Shown in pieces: positions 11,256-20,612 of a DNA stretch of 64,000 nt. The translations under genes and the position numbers were made by a program. Under the pieces are notes generated by a model that ran no database searches, was not told the DNA's origin, and saw only the letters and a program-made list of their open reading frames with translations. Source of the DNA: an uncultured Acidobacteriota bacterium (GTDB taxonomy: Bacteria > Acidobacteriota > Vicinamibacteria > Vicinamibacterales > Fen-181); assembly GCA_963744445.1 (NCBI GenBank), contig CAVUTP010000014.1, positions 1,533,073-1,597,072 of the forward strand. The letters run 5' to 3'. How positions within the stretch are numbered: the stretch's first letter is position 1; each line of letters begins with the position of its first letter.

Positions 11256-13394
11256 ATGCGAAAACCAACGGTGTGGGTGTTGTGTGTGATCACGGTGCTG
11301 TCGGCGGGGACAATCGCCCGCGCCCAGCTGACCCCCTGGCTGCAGTGGACGCTGCTGCCCAAGACGGCGATGAGTGAAATCGTCGGTGAGACTTCGGGCG
11401 AGACCGCCTGGCACGCGATCATGGAGACGGGCGGGTACGACCGCGACCGCTCGGAGCAGGAGTTCGCGACGATGTTCCGCGAGGCGCAGTTCTACCTGGA
11501 CAAGGCGAAGGAGTACGGCCTGAAGGGCGCCGAGATCGTCCGGTTCCCTGGCGGCACGTCGTGGGACGCGGTCAAGGGCGAGCTCTGGGAAGTGACACCG
11601 AACCGGCAGAAGATCGCGTCTTACATGGACTCGGCCGCCATGCTGGCCACGGGCAGCACGACCGCCGACGTGACCGCCGAGCTGATGTGGGTGGGGGCCG
11701 GCCGGCTCGAGGACCTGCAGGGCAAGGACGTCACGGGCAAGATCGTGGTCACGGACGGGAACGTCGGCGCAGTTCACCGCCTCGCCTGTCTCGACAAGGG
11801 AGCGGCCGGCGTCCTGGGCGTCATGAACTCGCCGCGGCCTCTGTTCGACCCGCTCCAGATGGCATGGGCGAGCGTGGGCGGCGACACGTCCCGGCCGGCG
11901 AAGTTCGCCTTCCAGGTCCCGCCACGCGAGGGCGAGCTGATCAAGCGTCGCCTGATGGGCGGCCAGAAGATCATGGTCCGAGCCCAGGTGGCCGCCGAGA
12001 TGCGCAAGACCGAGCTGCAGGACGTGGTCTGGCACATCCCCGGCACGGACCCGACCGCGGGCGAAGTGATTCTCTCGGCGCACCTCTTCGAGGGCTACGT
12101 GAAGATGGGCGGCAACGACGACATCTCGGGCTGCGCCGTGCTGCTCGAGGTCGCGCGAACGCTCAACACGCTGATTGCCGAGGGACGGCTCCCGCAGCCG
12201 CGCCGCACCATCCGCTTCCTCATCGGCCCGGAGTTCTCGGGCACGGGGCCCTGGGTGAAGGCCAACAAGGCCCTGATGGAGAAGACGCTCTGCAACATCA
12301 ACCTCGACATGGTCGGCCTGTGGTTGAGCCGCAGCCAGTCGTTCATGTGCCTGATGCGGACGACCTTCGGCAACGCGCACTACATCAACGACGTGATGGA
12401 GAACTACTACCGGTACGTGGGCGAGGGCTCGCGCGAGCGGATCCCCGGCAACGCCCCCGCGCTCCGTATCGTGGCGCCGACGGGCGCCGACGAGCCGTTC
12501 TACTACAACATCGAGACGCACTACGGCGCGTCGGACCACGAGGTGTTCAACGACTGGGGCGTCCAGGTGCCGGGCATCATGATGATCGACTGGCCGGACC
12601 GCTGGTATCACACCTCGGGCGACCACGTGGACAAGACGGATCCCACCCAGTTGAAGCGCGTGAGCATCATCGCGGCGGCGGCGGCGTACACGATCGCCGG
12701 CGCGGACGACGAGATGGCCATCCGCATCGCGAGCGAGACGGCGAGCAACGCGACCAGGCGGCTGGGCCACCAGCTGGCCCGCGGCCTGGTGGAGGTTGAC
12801 GCGGCCGGCGCCGAGAACCTGGCGGCGGCCTACAAGTCGGCGCGGACGTACCTCGACGGCACCGCGCTCAACGAGAAGGACACTATCGAGACGGTGAACG
12901 AGCTGGCCGCCGATCGCAAGCGCGTGGGCGACCACGTCGCGGCGCTCCAGAAGACGGTGGACCAGCTGCACGCGTCGCAGGCAGCCGCGCTGGACGCCCA
13001 CGTGCGCGCGGTCGCCACCCGGCTGAAGGTTGCGATGCCGTCCCTGGCGCCCGGCCCGCTGGAGTTGCAGGCGTCGAAACTCGTGCCCCGGCCGACGGCG
13101 AAGGTCAAGGCGAACGGCTACCAGGGCTACCGGGAGTTCATCACGCAGGTGCCGGCGGAGCAGCGGGCGAAGCTGCCGACCGGCCGGGTCGACACCGGCG
13201 AGCTGCAGCGCCTGGTGAACGGCCGCCACAGCGTGCTCGACATGAAGAAGATGCTCGACACGCAGGCGCAGGTGGGGTCCGACCTGCAGCACGTGATGAA
13301 CTACATCGACGTCCTCGCGCTCGCCGGCCTCGTGGAGAAGCCGGCGCCGGCGCCGGAGGCGAAGGGCAGGCCCGGGAAGGACGCCGGGCGTTGA
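11256..13394 (+). CDS. Secreted M28-family zinc aminopeptidase with a PA domain
   Basis: Signal peptide MRKPTVWVLCVITVLSAGTIARA. M28 motifs include HLFEGY, GGNDDISGCAVLLE, GASDH and the NDDISG zinc-ligand region. Confidence 0.85.
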   Translation: MRKPTVWVLCVITVLSAGTIARAQLTPWLQWTLLPKTAMSEIVGETSGETAWHAIMETGGYDRDRSEQEFATMFREAQFYLDKAKEYGLKGAEIVRFPGGTSWDAVKGELWEVTPNRQKIASYMDSAAMLATGSTTADVTAELMWVGAGRLEDLQGKDVTGKIVVTDGNVGAVHRLACLDKGAAGVLGVMNSPRPLFDPLQMAWASVGGDTSRPAKFAFQVPPREGELIKRRLMGGQKIMVRAQVAAEMRKTELQDVVWHIPGTDPTAGEVILSAHLFEGYVKMGGNDDISGCAVLLEVARTLNTLIAEGRLPQPRRTIRFLIGPEFSGTGPWVKANKALMEKTLCNINLDMVGLWLSRSQSFMCLMRTTFGNAHYINDVMENYYRYVGEGSRERIPGNAPALRIVAPTGADEPFYYNIETHYGASDHEVFNDWGVQVPGIMMIDWPDRWYHTSGDHVDKTDPTQLKRVSIIAAAAAYTIAGADDEMAIRIASETASNATRRLGHQLARGLVEVDAAGAENLAAAYKSARTYLDGTALNEKDTIETVNELAADRKRVGDHVAALQKTVDQLHASQAAALDAHVRAVATRLKVAMPSLAPGPLELQASKLVPRPTAKVKANGYQGYREFITQVPAEQRAKLPTGRVDTGELQRLVNGRHSVLDMKKMLDTQAQVGSDLQHVMNYIDVLALAGLVEKPAPAPEAKGRPGKDAGR

Positions 13395-14750
13395 CGCGAA
13401 GGGCCTGGATCCTGTCGGTGCTCCTGGCAGCCGCGGCCGTCGCGTACGTGGCGCTGCGGCACCTCGGGCCGCCGGCGGGCGTCCAGGCCTCGCCCATGGT
13501 CGTGCGCGCCGCCGTCGATCTCGACGGCGCCCGCGGCGGGGACCGCGGCCGTGCGCCTGGAGTTCGACGCGGCCGCCCTGAAGGGCCGTCACCAGCTGCT
13601 TCTCGGGTTTGCCGACGCCCGCGGCGGGGGCGCCACCCTGCGGGACGTGAGAGTGGAGGTGGACGGCCAGGTCGTGCGAGCCGCCCTCGAAGGCTACGAG
13701 GGTGCGTTGCTCTTGCGCGCGCCGCTGCCTGCCCGTGCCATGGCGGCGGCGGTCCGTTACACCGTGGACCCCACGTACTACCCGGCCGGCCTCCCGCCGT
13801 CGGACCGGACGCCGCCGGACGCGCGGGGCCGGATCACCGCGGATCTTGCCGTGGTGCGCAGCACCAGCCTGCTGCCGATTCTCGATGCGGAGAACGCCTC
13901 CTACGAGGTCCGCTTTGCGCTCCCCGAGGGCTGGACGGCCGTCGCCCCGTGGCCCTTCGACGGCAGTGCCTTCTCGGCTACGGTGACGGCTGCGGCCGGC
14001 CCGGAATATCTCGCGTTCGGACCGCTGCACGTCTCCGACATCACACTGGGGGGGGCCACGATCCGCGTGGCGGGCGCGCCGGGCGCCGGCGGCGGGGAAA
14101 TGGTCGAGACCATGGTCCGGCGGATCATCGAACTGCTGGCCGCGCCGCTCAAGCGTCCGGGCGTGTTCGTCGCGACGCTGGTTCCGGCGGAGTTCATGCA
14201 CGGGGGGGCGGCGGGACGCTACTCGATCGTGCAGTTCGGTTCCCCGCAGGTGGTGGCGCACGAGGTCTTCCACTGGTGGAACGACGGCAGCCTGACGGCA
14301 CGCGACGCGGGGTGGTTCCGGGAGGGCCTCACCCAGCACTACGGGATCCGCGTTGCGCGCGAGGTGGGCGCCACCAGCATCGAGCAGGAGCGCGCGTGCC
14401 TTGCCGATCTCGAGGCGGAGATGCGGGGGCTCGAGCGCGCTGGAGGCCGCAGCCTGATGGCCGCGTCGCTGGATCCCAGCGACAGCCGGCTGATGTACAG
14501 CAAAGGTGCGCTGTTCTGGCTGCATGTGGACGCACGGCTGCGGCAGTCCGGGCGCTTTCTCGAGGAGGCGGTGCGGCGGGTACTCACGAGCGACCGCCGG
14601 GACCTGACCAGCCAGGAGCTGCGTTCGGTCTTCTCGACGGTGTACGGCGGGCTGCTGGACGAGGATTTCGACCGCTACGTGATGGGCGACGAGCGCCTGC
14701 CCGATCTCGGGCTGGGCGAGGCGACCGGGCGGTCGGGGTGTGCGCGGTGA
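13391..14750 (+). CDS. Secreted gluzincin-type zinc metallopeptidase (M1/M61-like, HEVFHWWN..E), with an apparent frameshift near 13540
   Basis: A TTG start overlaps the previous stop codon. The signal peptide MTRRAWILSVLLAAAAVAYVA is in ORF 13391. The HExxH-x17-E motif is in ORF 13551-14750. Confidence 0.6.
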
Positions 14751-14761
14751 CGGGGGGTAGG

Positions 14762-14782
14762 GCAGTGGTCACTGACCACTGC
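14762..14782. repeat. Perfect 10 bp inverted repeat GCAGTGGTCA-C-TGACCACTGC
   Basis: It lies between convergent genes and shares the TGACCACT core of the dispersed element. Confidence 0.8.
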
Positions 14783-15675
14783 TATCCCTGCGCAGCCCGC
14801 GGGATGTCCGGCGTCGATTGCCGCCGCGCGGCGAGCAGGCCCTCGACCGCCTCGACCCACCCGGCCGGGCCTCCTTCGCGCGCGATCGTCGCGCCCGGCA
14901 GGCTCCGGGCCAGCGGGGCGGCCGCCCGCGCGGACGCGGCGGGCAGCAGGATTGGGAGGTCCACACGTCGGAGGAAGGGGAGGTCTTCCGGGCCGCTGCC
15001 GATGCCGAGCGTGAGAACCGGGCCGCCGCGCGCGTAGAGGGACCGGACGATTGACACGCAGGTTCCGAGGTCCGACGAGCCCACCACGTGGTCGAAGCGA
15101 CTGCCCGGCCGCACGTGCAGACCGTTCGTTTTCAGCGCCTTGTGCAGCCGTCCCCGCGCGGACGGGTCGCGGTCCACCACCCGGAACGGCTCGTCGTACT
15201 CGCGCAGCTTGGCGAGGCGCGCCTGCAGCAGCGTGAGCCCGCACTCGCGCGCCACGTCGCCCACCGACATGTCGCTGAAGCTCATGACGCCGATGCGGAG
15301 CTGCCGCGCCACGCGGCGCAGCGACCGGAGCACCGCTTCGTGCGCGATGCTCAGCTCCATCGTGTGATAGCCGGCGCCCACACCGGTGGCGGGCAGCGGG
15401 AACGGGAAGTAGCCCCGGGGGACGAACACGGCCGCGCCTTCCTCGGCCACGAAGGGATCCTCGATGCCCAGGTCGGCCCGCATCAGCTCGATCTCCGCAC
15501 GCGTCCGCCCGGAACACGCCACCACCGCCACTCCCTGGGCCAGGAGACCGGCCAGCGCGGATCGCGCGAGTTCGTCGGCCGCGCCAGCCACCGGGTCGAT
15601 CAGTCCATCCTCGAGGCGCGCGAATACGACCACCCGGTGAGACCCCTGGTTCCGAGTTCCGTCCATGACCCCCAT
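14782..15675 (-). CDS. HAD-IIB hydrolase-fold protein related to mannosyl/glucosyl-3-phosphoglycerate phosphatase (YedP-like); the catalytic motifs look degenerate
   Basis: An eye alignment to YedP/MPGP gives VFARLEDGLID against VFSDLDGTLLD, and GIGSGPED against GLGDGPND. The start is at MGVMDG inside the longer supplied ORF. Confidence 0.55.
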   Translation of the reverse strand: MGVMDGTRNQGSHRVVVFARLEDGLIDPVAGAADELARSALAGLLAQGVAVVACSGRTRAEIELMRADLGIEDPFVAEEGAAVFVPRGYFPFPLPATGVGAGYHTMELSIAHEAVLRSLRRVARQLRIGVMSFSDMSVGDVARECGLTLLQARLAKLREYDEPFRVVDRDPSARGRLHKALKTNGLHVRPGSRFDHVVGSSDLGTCVSIVRSLYARGGPVLTLGIGSGPEDLPFLRRVDLPILLPAASARAAAPLARSLPGATIAREGGPAGWVEAVEGLLAARRQSTPDIPRAAQG

Positions 15676-15811
15676 GGTGCCGCGCGGGCCCTGAGGGCGC
15701 CATCCGGCCGTGACCGGGTTTTGAGGAAGACGAGGGGGGAGGTCGGGTCGTCGGCTGACGCGGGGGGGGCGAGGGAACAAATGGTCCCAGCGGAACGGGG
15801 GTAAGATTCGA

Positions 15812-17311
15812 GTGGTGGACCCCACAGCCATCGGCGCGGCGGGCCGCCCGGGGTGGACGAGCCGGTTCATGGACGGCCTCACCATTCGCCGGATGCTGTT
15901 CGTCGGCTTCGGCTCCATCTTCGTGCTGTGGCTCGCGTCGGGCGCCGACATCGTCCGGCGCCTGAACGACGTGGAGCGCCGGGCCGCGAACGTCAGCAGG
16001 GGGTTTCGCCGGGCCGAACAGTCGCTCACCACGGTCCGCATCCAGGTGCTGCTGGGCTCCGTCTACCTGCGCGACGCGCTGCTCGACCTGGACCGCGATC
16101 CCAGCGAGAACTACGCCGGGCTGCTGCAGCAGAGCCGCGCGGAAACCAAGCGGGCGCTCGATCGTTACGTCCCGGTGGTGCAGTCCGCCACCGAGCGCCA
16201 GACCTTCCAACAGCTCCAGAGCGAGGTGAACGACTACTGGAACAACCTGCTCGAGCCGGTGCGCGACTGGGACGCGACCCGGAAGGCGGTGGAGGCCAGG
16301 ACGTTGCTGAACAAGCGGGTCATCCCCCAGCGCGCCCTGATCACGACGATTTCGGAACGCATCCAGGGCCTCAACCGCGAGGCGTTCGACGTGCAGCAGG
16401 CGGAGGTCGCCGCGATCTACAGCTCCGTCCGGCGCCGGGTCTGGGAAACCAGCGGCCTCACGCTCATCGTCGGCCTGGCCGTGGCGGCGCTCGTCACCCG
16501 TTATGCGAGCCGGCTCGAGGACCGGATCCGGGAACAGATGGTGAGGGACGTGGAGCACGCCCGCGACCTGCGCCGGCTCTCGGCCCGCCTGGTCCAGGCG
16601 CAGGAACAGGAGCGGCGCGGCATTGCCCGCGAGCTGCACGACGAGGTCGGGCAGGCGCTCACGGCGATCAAGGTGGAGCTTGCCGTCGCCGAGCGGAACG
16701 CGGGGCTCTCCGAAAAGGGCGAGGATGCCCTGCGCGAGGTCCGGTCCATCACCGACCGCACGTTGCAGCAGGTGCGCGACCTCTCGCAGCTCCTCCACCC
16801 GGCCCTGCTCGACGACCTTGGCCTGCCGGCGGCACTCGAGTGGTATTTGAAGGGGTTCTCGCGCCGCACGGGCATCCGTGGGGAGCTCCTCCAGGACCGG
16901 ATGGACACCCGGCTGCCAGCCGTCGTGGAAACCTGCATCTACCGGGTCGTGCAGGAGGCGCTCACCAACGTCGCCCGGCACTCGGGCGCACAGTCCTGCC
17001 GCGTGTACCTTCAACGCCTGCCTCACACGATCCTGCTCACCGTCGAGGACGACGGGTCGGGGATCCCGGCGGCGTTGCCACAGGGAGGCGGGCGGCCGGG
17101 TCTCGGCCTGCTTGGCATCCGGGAACGTGCGACGGACCTTGGCGGCACCTTCACCGTCGAGAGCCAGGCCGGTAAGGGCACGCGTCTGACCGTCGAGCTG
17201 CCGGCGCCGCGGGGCGGGCAGCCGGAGGACGCCGAGCCTCCGGCGCCCGCGTCCGCCGAGGGCGGCGGGGCGCGGGACTCCAATACCCGGGTGATGGGGA
17301 CGACCACATGA
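15812..17311 (+). CDS. Sensor histidine kinase (NarX/DesK-like HisKA_3 type)
   Basis: One TM helix, then an H-box (ARELHDEVGQALTAIKVEL) and an HATPase_c domain (EALTNVARHS, DDGSGIP, GLGLLGIRERA). Confidence 0.85.
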   Translation: MVDPTAIGAAGRPGWTSRFMDGLTIRRMLFVGFGSIFVLWLASGADIVRRLNDVERRAANVSRGFRRAEQSLTTVRIQVLLGSVYLRDALLDLDRDPSENYAGLLQQSRAETKRALDRYVPVVQSATERQTFQQLQSEVNDYWNNLLEPVRDWDATRKAVEARTLLNKRVIPQRALITTISERIQGLNREAFDVQQAEVAAIYSSVRRRVWETSGLTLIVGLAVAALVTRYASRLEDRIREQMVRDVEHARDLRRLSARLVQAQEQERRGIARELHDEVGQALTAIKVELAVAERNAGLSEKGEDALREVRSITDRTLQQVRDLSQLLHPALLDDLGLPAALEWYLKGFSRRTGIRGELLQDRMDTRLPAVVETCIYRVVQEALTNVARHSGAQSCRVYLQRLPHTILLTVEDDGSGIPAALPQGGGRPGLGLLGIRERATDLGGTFTVESQAGKGTRLTVELPAPRGGQPEDAEPPAPASAEGGGARDSNTRVMGTTT

Positions 17312-17961
17312 GCACGCTGCGCATCCTGCTGGCCGACGACCACACCATCGTCCGCCACGGCCTTCGGAAGATCCTGGAGGAGAACCGCGACTGGCAGGTG
17401 GTGGCCGAGGCCGGGAACGGCCGCGAGGCGGTCCGCCTTGCGGGGGATCTGCAGCCGGACGTGGCCATCCTCGACATCGGCATGCCGCTGCTCAACGGGA
17501 TCGAGGCCACGCGCCAGATCGCGCGGAAGGTGCCGGAGGTGAGGATCCTGATCCTGAGCATGCACTCGGACGAGGCGTACATCATCCAGGCGCTCCAAGC
17601 CGGCGCGCGCGGGTACCTGCTGAAGGACACGGCTGATGCCGAGCTGATCGACGCGGTCGTGGCCGTCACCCGCGGCAAGTCGTTCTTCAGCCCGGCGGTC
17701 GCTCGCGTCATGCTCGACGACTACGTCCGGCGCCTGCAGGAGCGCGGCATCACCGACCGCTACGACACGCTCTCGGAGCGCGAGCGCGAGATCTTCCAGC
17801 TGATCGTCGAGGGCCGCACGAACAAGGAGATCGCCGAGATGCTCGGCGTGAGCCCCTCCACCATCGAGACCCACCGCGCGCACATCATGGAGAAGCTGGA
17901 CGTCCACAGCGCCGTGGAGATGGTGCTCTATGCGGTCCGCAAAGGCATCATCAGTACCTGA
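17308..17961 (+). CDS. NarL/FixJ-family response regulator (REC plus LuxR HTH)
   Basis: RILLADDH, DVAILDIGMP, the LuxR HTH (EREREIFQLIVEGRTNKEIAEMLGVSPSTIETHR) and a 4 bp overlap with the kinase gene. Confidence 0.9.
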   Translation: MSTLRILLADDHTIVRHGLRKILEENRDWQVVAEAGNGREAVRLAGDLQPDVAILDIGMPLLNGIEATRQIARKVPEVRILILSMHSDEAYIIQALQAGARGYLLKDTADAELIDAVVAVTRGKSFFSPAVARVMLDDYVRRLQERGITDRYDTLSEREREIFQLIVEGRTNKEIAEMLGVSPSTIETHRAHIMEKLDVHSAVEMVLYAVRKGIIST

Positions 17962-17974
17962 CGGGCGTCATCTT

Positions 17975-18034
17975 TTGACTTGTCGATTTGTTGACTTGTC
18001 GATTGATTTGCCGATTCGATTGATTTGCCGATCG
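17975..18034. repeat. Direct repeats (TTGACTTGTCGATTTG x2, GATTGATTTGCCGAT x2)
   Basis: An AT-richer repeat block lies just after the response-regulator stop codon. Confidence 0.7.
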
Positions 18035-18064
18035 GGGCGTGGTGGCGTATCCTGACGTGCCCTT

Positions 18065-18133
18065 GAATCAGGGAGCAAGGTCGCGATTGACCACTTCGCG
18101 AGATTGCCAAAGTAGACACTTGTTCCCTTGCTC
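18065..18133. repeat. Dispersed palindromic REP/MITE-like element (CAGGGAGCAAGG..TGACCACTT..CTTGTTCCCTTGCTC)
   Basis: It has the terminal inverted repeats (CAGGGAGCAAG and CTTGTTCCCTG) and the TGACCACTT core. Confidence 0.7.
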
Positions 18134-18153
18134 AACTGACAGCCGTTGCAGCT

Positions 18154-18202
18154 TGATCCCTGATCCCCTGAAGCCCGATTCCTGAATCCTGATTCCTGAT
18201 TC
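18154..18202. repeat. Heptamer tandem array (GATTCCT/GATCCCT type) ending at the tex start codon
   Basis: gatccctgatcccctgaagcccgattcctgaatcctgattcctgattc. Confidence 0.75.
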
Positions 18203-20518
18203 ATGACCGAGAGCTACGTCTCGAAGATTGCTGCCGAGTTGCACGTGGACACCCGGCAGGTGGCGGCCGCCGCCACCCTGCTGGCCGACGGCGCCACCGT
18301 TCCGTTCATCGCCCGCTACCGGAAGGAGGCGACGGGCAGCCTCGACGAAGTGGCGGTCACGCACGTGCGGGACCGCCTCGCGCAGCTCCTGGAGCTGGAC
18401 GAACGCCGCACCGCCATCCTGTCGTCGCTCGAGGAACGGCAGCTGCTGACCGATGAGCTGAAGGCGGCGGTCGCCGGCGCCGAGACGATGACCGCCCTCG
18501 AGGACATCTACGCGCCGTACCGGCCGAAGCGCCGCACGCGCGCGACCATCGCCCGCGAAGCAGGCCTCGAGCCGCTTGCGGACCGGCTCTTTGCCGGGCA
18601 GGCGACGATCGACCCCCTGGCGGAGGCAGCCGCGTTCGTCGATGCCGGCAAGAACGTCCCCGATGCGGAGGCCGCGCTCTCCGGCGCGCGCGACATCCTC
18701 GCCGAGCGGTTCAGCGACGATGCCAATGCCCGCGCCCGGCTGCGGCAGCTCTATTGGGACCACGGCAGCGTACGCTCCTCGATCGTACCGGGCAAGGAAG
18801 CAGACGGGATCAAGTTCAAGGACTACTACGACTGGACCGAGCCCCTCGCGCCGATGCCCAGCCACCGCATGCTGGCCATCAGGCGTGGCGAGGCCGAGGG
18901 CTTCCTGCGGGTCCGCGTGGCGCCGCCCGAGGGCGAGGCGCAGTCCCTCGTGGAGTCGCTCTTCGTCTCGGCTCCAGGGCGCCCGGGGGGCGAACAGGTG
19001 CGACTGGCGGCGCAGGACGGCTTGAAGCGGCTGCTCGCGCCGGCAATGGAGGGGGAGATTCGTTTCGAGGCGAAGAAGAAGGCCGACGCCGAGGCGATCC
19101 GGATCTTCGCCGACAACCTCCGGCAGCTCCTGCTGGCCTCTCCGCTCGGCCAGAAGCGTGTGCTGGCCATCGACCCCGGCTTCCGCACCGGCTGCAAGGT
19201 GGTGTGCCTCGACGGCCAGGGCAAGCTGCTGCACAACGACGTCATCTACCCGACCGCGTCCTCCGCGGCACAGGCTCAACAGGCCGGGGCCGTCGTGCTG
19301 GCGCTGATGTCGCGCTTCGGCATCGAGGCCATCGCGATCGGCAACGGCACCGCCAGCCGCGAGACGGAGGCGTTCGTCCGCGCCCTCCCGCTGCCGGCCG
19401 GGACCATCGTCGCCGTCGTGAACGAGAGCGGGGCGTCGATCTACTCGGCGAGCGACGCTGCGCGCGAGGAGTTCCCGGACCAGGACGTCACCGTGCGCGG
19501 CGCGGTGAGCATCGGGCGCCGCCTCATGGACCCGCTCGCCGAGCTCGTGAAGCTCGACCCGAAGTCGATCGGCGTCGGGCAGTACCAGCACGACGTCGAC
19601 CAGGCCGCGCTCAGGCGGAGCCTGGACGACGTGGTGGTGTCGTGCGTGAACGGGGTGGGGGTCGAGCTGAACACCGCGAGCAAGCAGCTGCTCGCCTACG
19701 TGTCCGGCGTCGGGCCGTCGCTGGCTGCCAAGATCGTCGCGTGGCGCGACGAGCACGGGGCGTTTCCGTCACGGCACGCGCTTCTCCAGGTGCCGCGGCT
19801 GGGTCCCAAGGCCTTCGAGCAGTGCGCCGGGTTCCTGCGCGTCCGGGACGGCGAGCACCCGCTCGACGGCAGCGCCGTGCACCCGGAGAGCTACCCCGTG
19901 GTGGACCGGATGGCGCGCGATCTCGGGTGCGCCGTGGGCGACCTGCTGCGCGACGCCTCGCTGCGCGATCGAATCCGGGTCGAGCAGTACGTGACGGAGA
20001 CGACCGGCCTCCCGACGCTGCGCGACATCCTCGCGGAGCTGGCCCGGCCCGGGCGCGACCCGCGCCGGGAGTTCGAGGCGTTCGGCTTCAAGGAGGGCGT
20101 GGAGAGGATCGAGGATCTCGAGCCCGGCATGAAGCTCCCGGGAGTCGTCACCAACGTCACGGCCTTCGGCGCCTTCGTGGACATCGGCGTCCACCAGGAC
20201 GGCCTCGTGCACGTCAGCCAGCTCGCGGACCGGTTCGTGAAAGATCCGTCGGAGGTGGTCAAGGTGCACCAGAGGGTGATGGTGACGGTGATCGAGGTGG
20301 ACCTGCCCCGCAAGCGGATCGCGCTATCACTGCGGACCAACCCCGAGGCCGGCCGGGCCAAGGAGACGCGCACCGCGCCGGCGGGGCCGAGACCGCCTCG
20401 GCCGGCGGCGCCACCCCGCCCGGCGGCGGCGCCCCACCCGCCGGCCGCTCGACCCCCGTCCCCCGGTAGCGGTGGGTTCAATACGGCCTTCGCAGACGCG
20501 TTCAGGAAGAAACACTGA
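18203..20518 (+). CDS. tex: Transcription accessory protein Tex (YqgF/RNaseH-like, HhH and S1 domains) with a Pro/Ala-rich C-terminal tail
   Basis: 771 aa. Tex N-terminal region (TVPFIARYRKE), YqgF region, HhH motifs, and an S1 domain (GMKLPGVVTNVTAFGAFVDIGVHQDGLVHVSQL). Confidence 0.9.
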   Translation: MTESYVSKIAAELHVDTRQVAAAATLLADGATVPFIARYRKEATGSLDEVAVTHVRDRLAQLLELDERRTAILSSLEERQLLTDELKAAVAGAETMTALEDIYAPYRPKRRTRATIAREAGLEPLADRLFAGQATIDPLAEAAAFVDAGKNVPDAEAALSGARDILAERFSDDANARARLRQLYWDHGSVRSSIVPGKEADGIKFKDYYDWTEPLAPMPSHRMLAIRRGEAEGFLRVRVAPPEGEAQSLVESLFVSAPGRPGGEQVRLAAQDGLKRLLAPAMEGEIRFEAKKKADAEAIRIFADNLRQLLLASPLGQKRVLAIDPGFRTGCKVVCLDGQGKLLHNDVIYPTASSAAQAQQAGAVVLALMSRFGIEAIAIGNGTASRETEAFVRALPLPAGTIVAVVNESGASIYSASDAAREEFPDQDVTVRGAVSIGRRLMDPLAELVKLDPKSIGVGQYQHDVDQAALRRSLDDVVVSCVNGVGVELNTASKQLLAYVSGVGPSLAAKIVAWRDEHGAFPSRHALLQVPRLGPKAFEQCAGFLRVRDGEHPLDGSAVHPESYPVVDRMARDLGCAVGDLLRDASLRDRIRVEQYVTETTGLPTLRDILAELARPGRDPRREFEAFGFKEGVERIEDLEPGMKLPGVVTNVTAFGAFVDIGVHQDGLVHVSQLADRFVKDPSEVVKVHQRVMVTVIEVDLPRKRIALSLRTNPEAGRAKETRTAPAGPRPPRPAAPPRPAAAPHPPAARPPSPGSGGFNTAFADAFRKKH

Positions 20519-20612
20519 CCTGGGGCTGGGCCTGGCTTGCCCGCCGAAACCCTGGACCTTCAACCTCTTTAGTGCCTGAGGGCCGCGCGATGAAGCGTCT
20601 ATAATCGGCCTC

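Noticed and set aside
10059-14525. A very long minus-strand ORF (1488 aa). Similar long antisense ORFs run 14675-17026, 18068-19756, 6080-7825, 25378-28017, 53954-56182, 20327-21604, 41290-43692 (outside the OmpA-like frame), 42222-43580 and 45407-46735.
   Set aside because: At about 70% GC, stop codons are rare in all frames. These ORFs are Arg/Ala/Gly/Pro-rich low-complexity translations lying antisense to or out of frame with genes that have clear homology. They are composition artefacts.
18203-20518. The Pro/Ala-rich C-terminal 60 residues of Tex as a separate or spurious extension
   Set aside because: It is in frame with the S1 domain without a stop codon. Low-complexity tails on Tex occur in high-GC genomes, so the full ORF was kept.
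20594-20605. A TATAAT hexamer 8 nt before the tupA ATG, as a possible leaderless promoter
   Set aside because: I found no convincing -35 at the right spacing, and a single hexamer is weak evidence. It is kept only as a note in the tupA feature.
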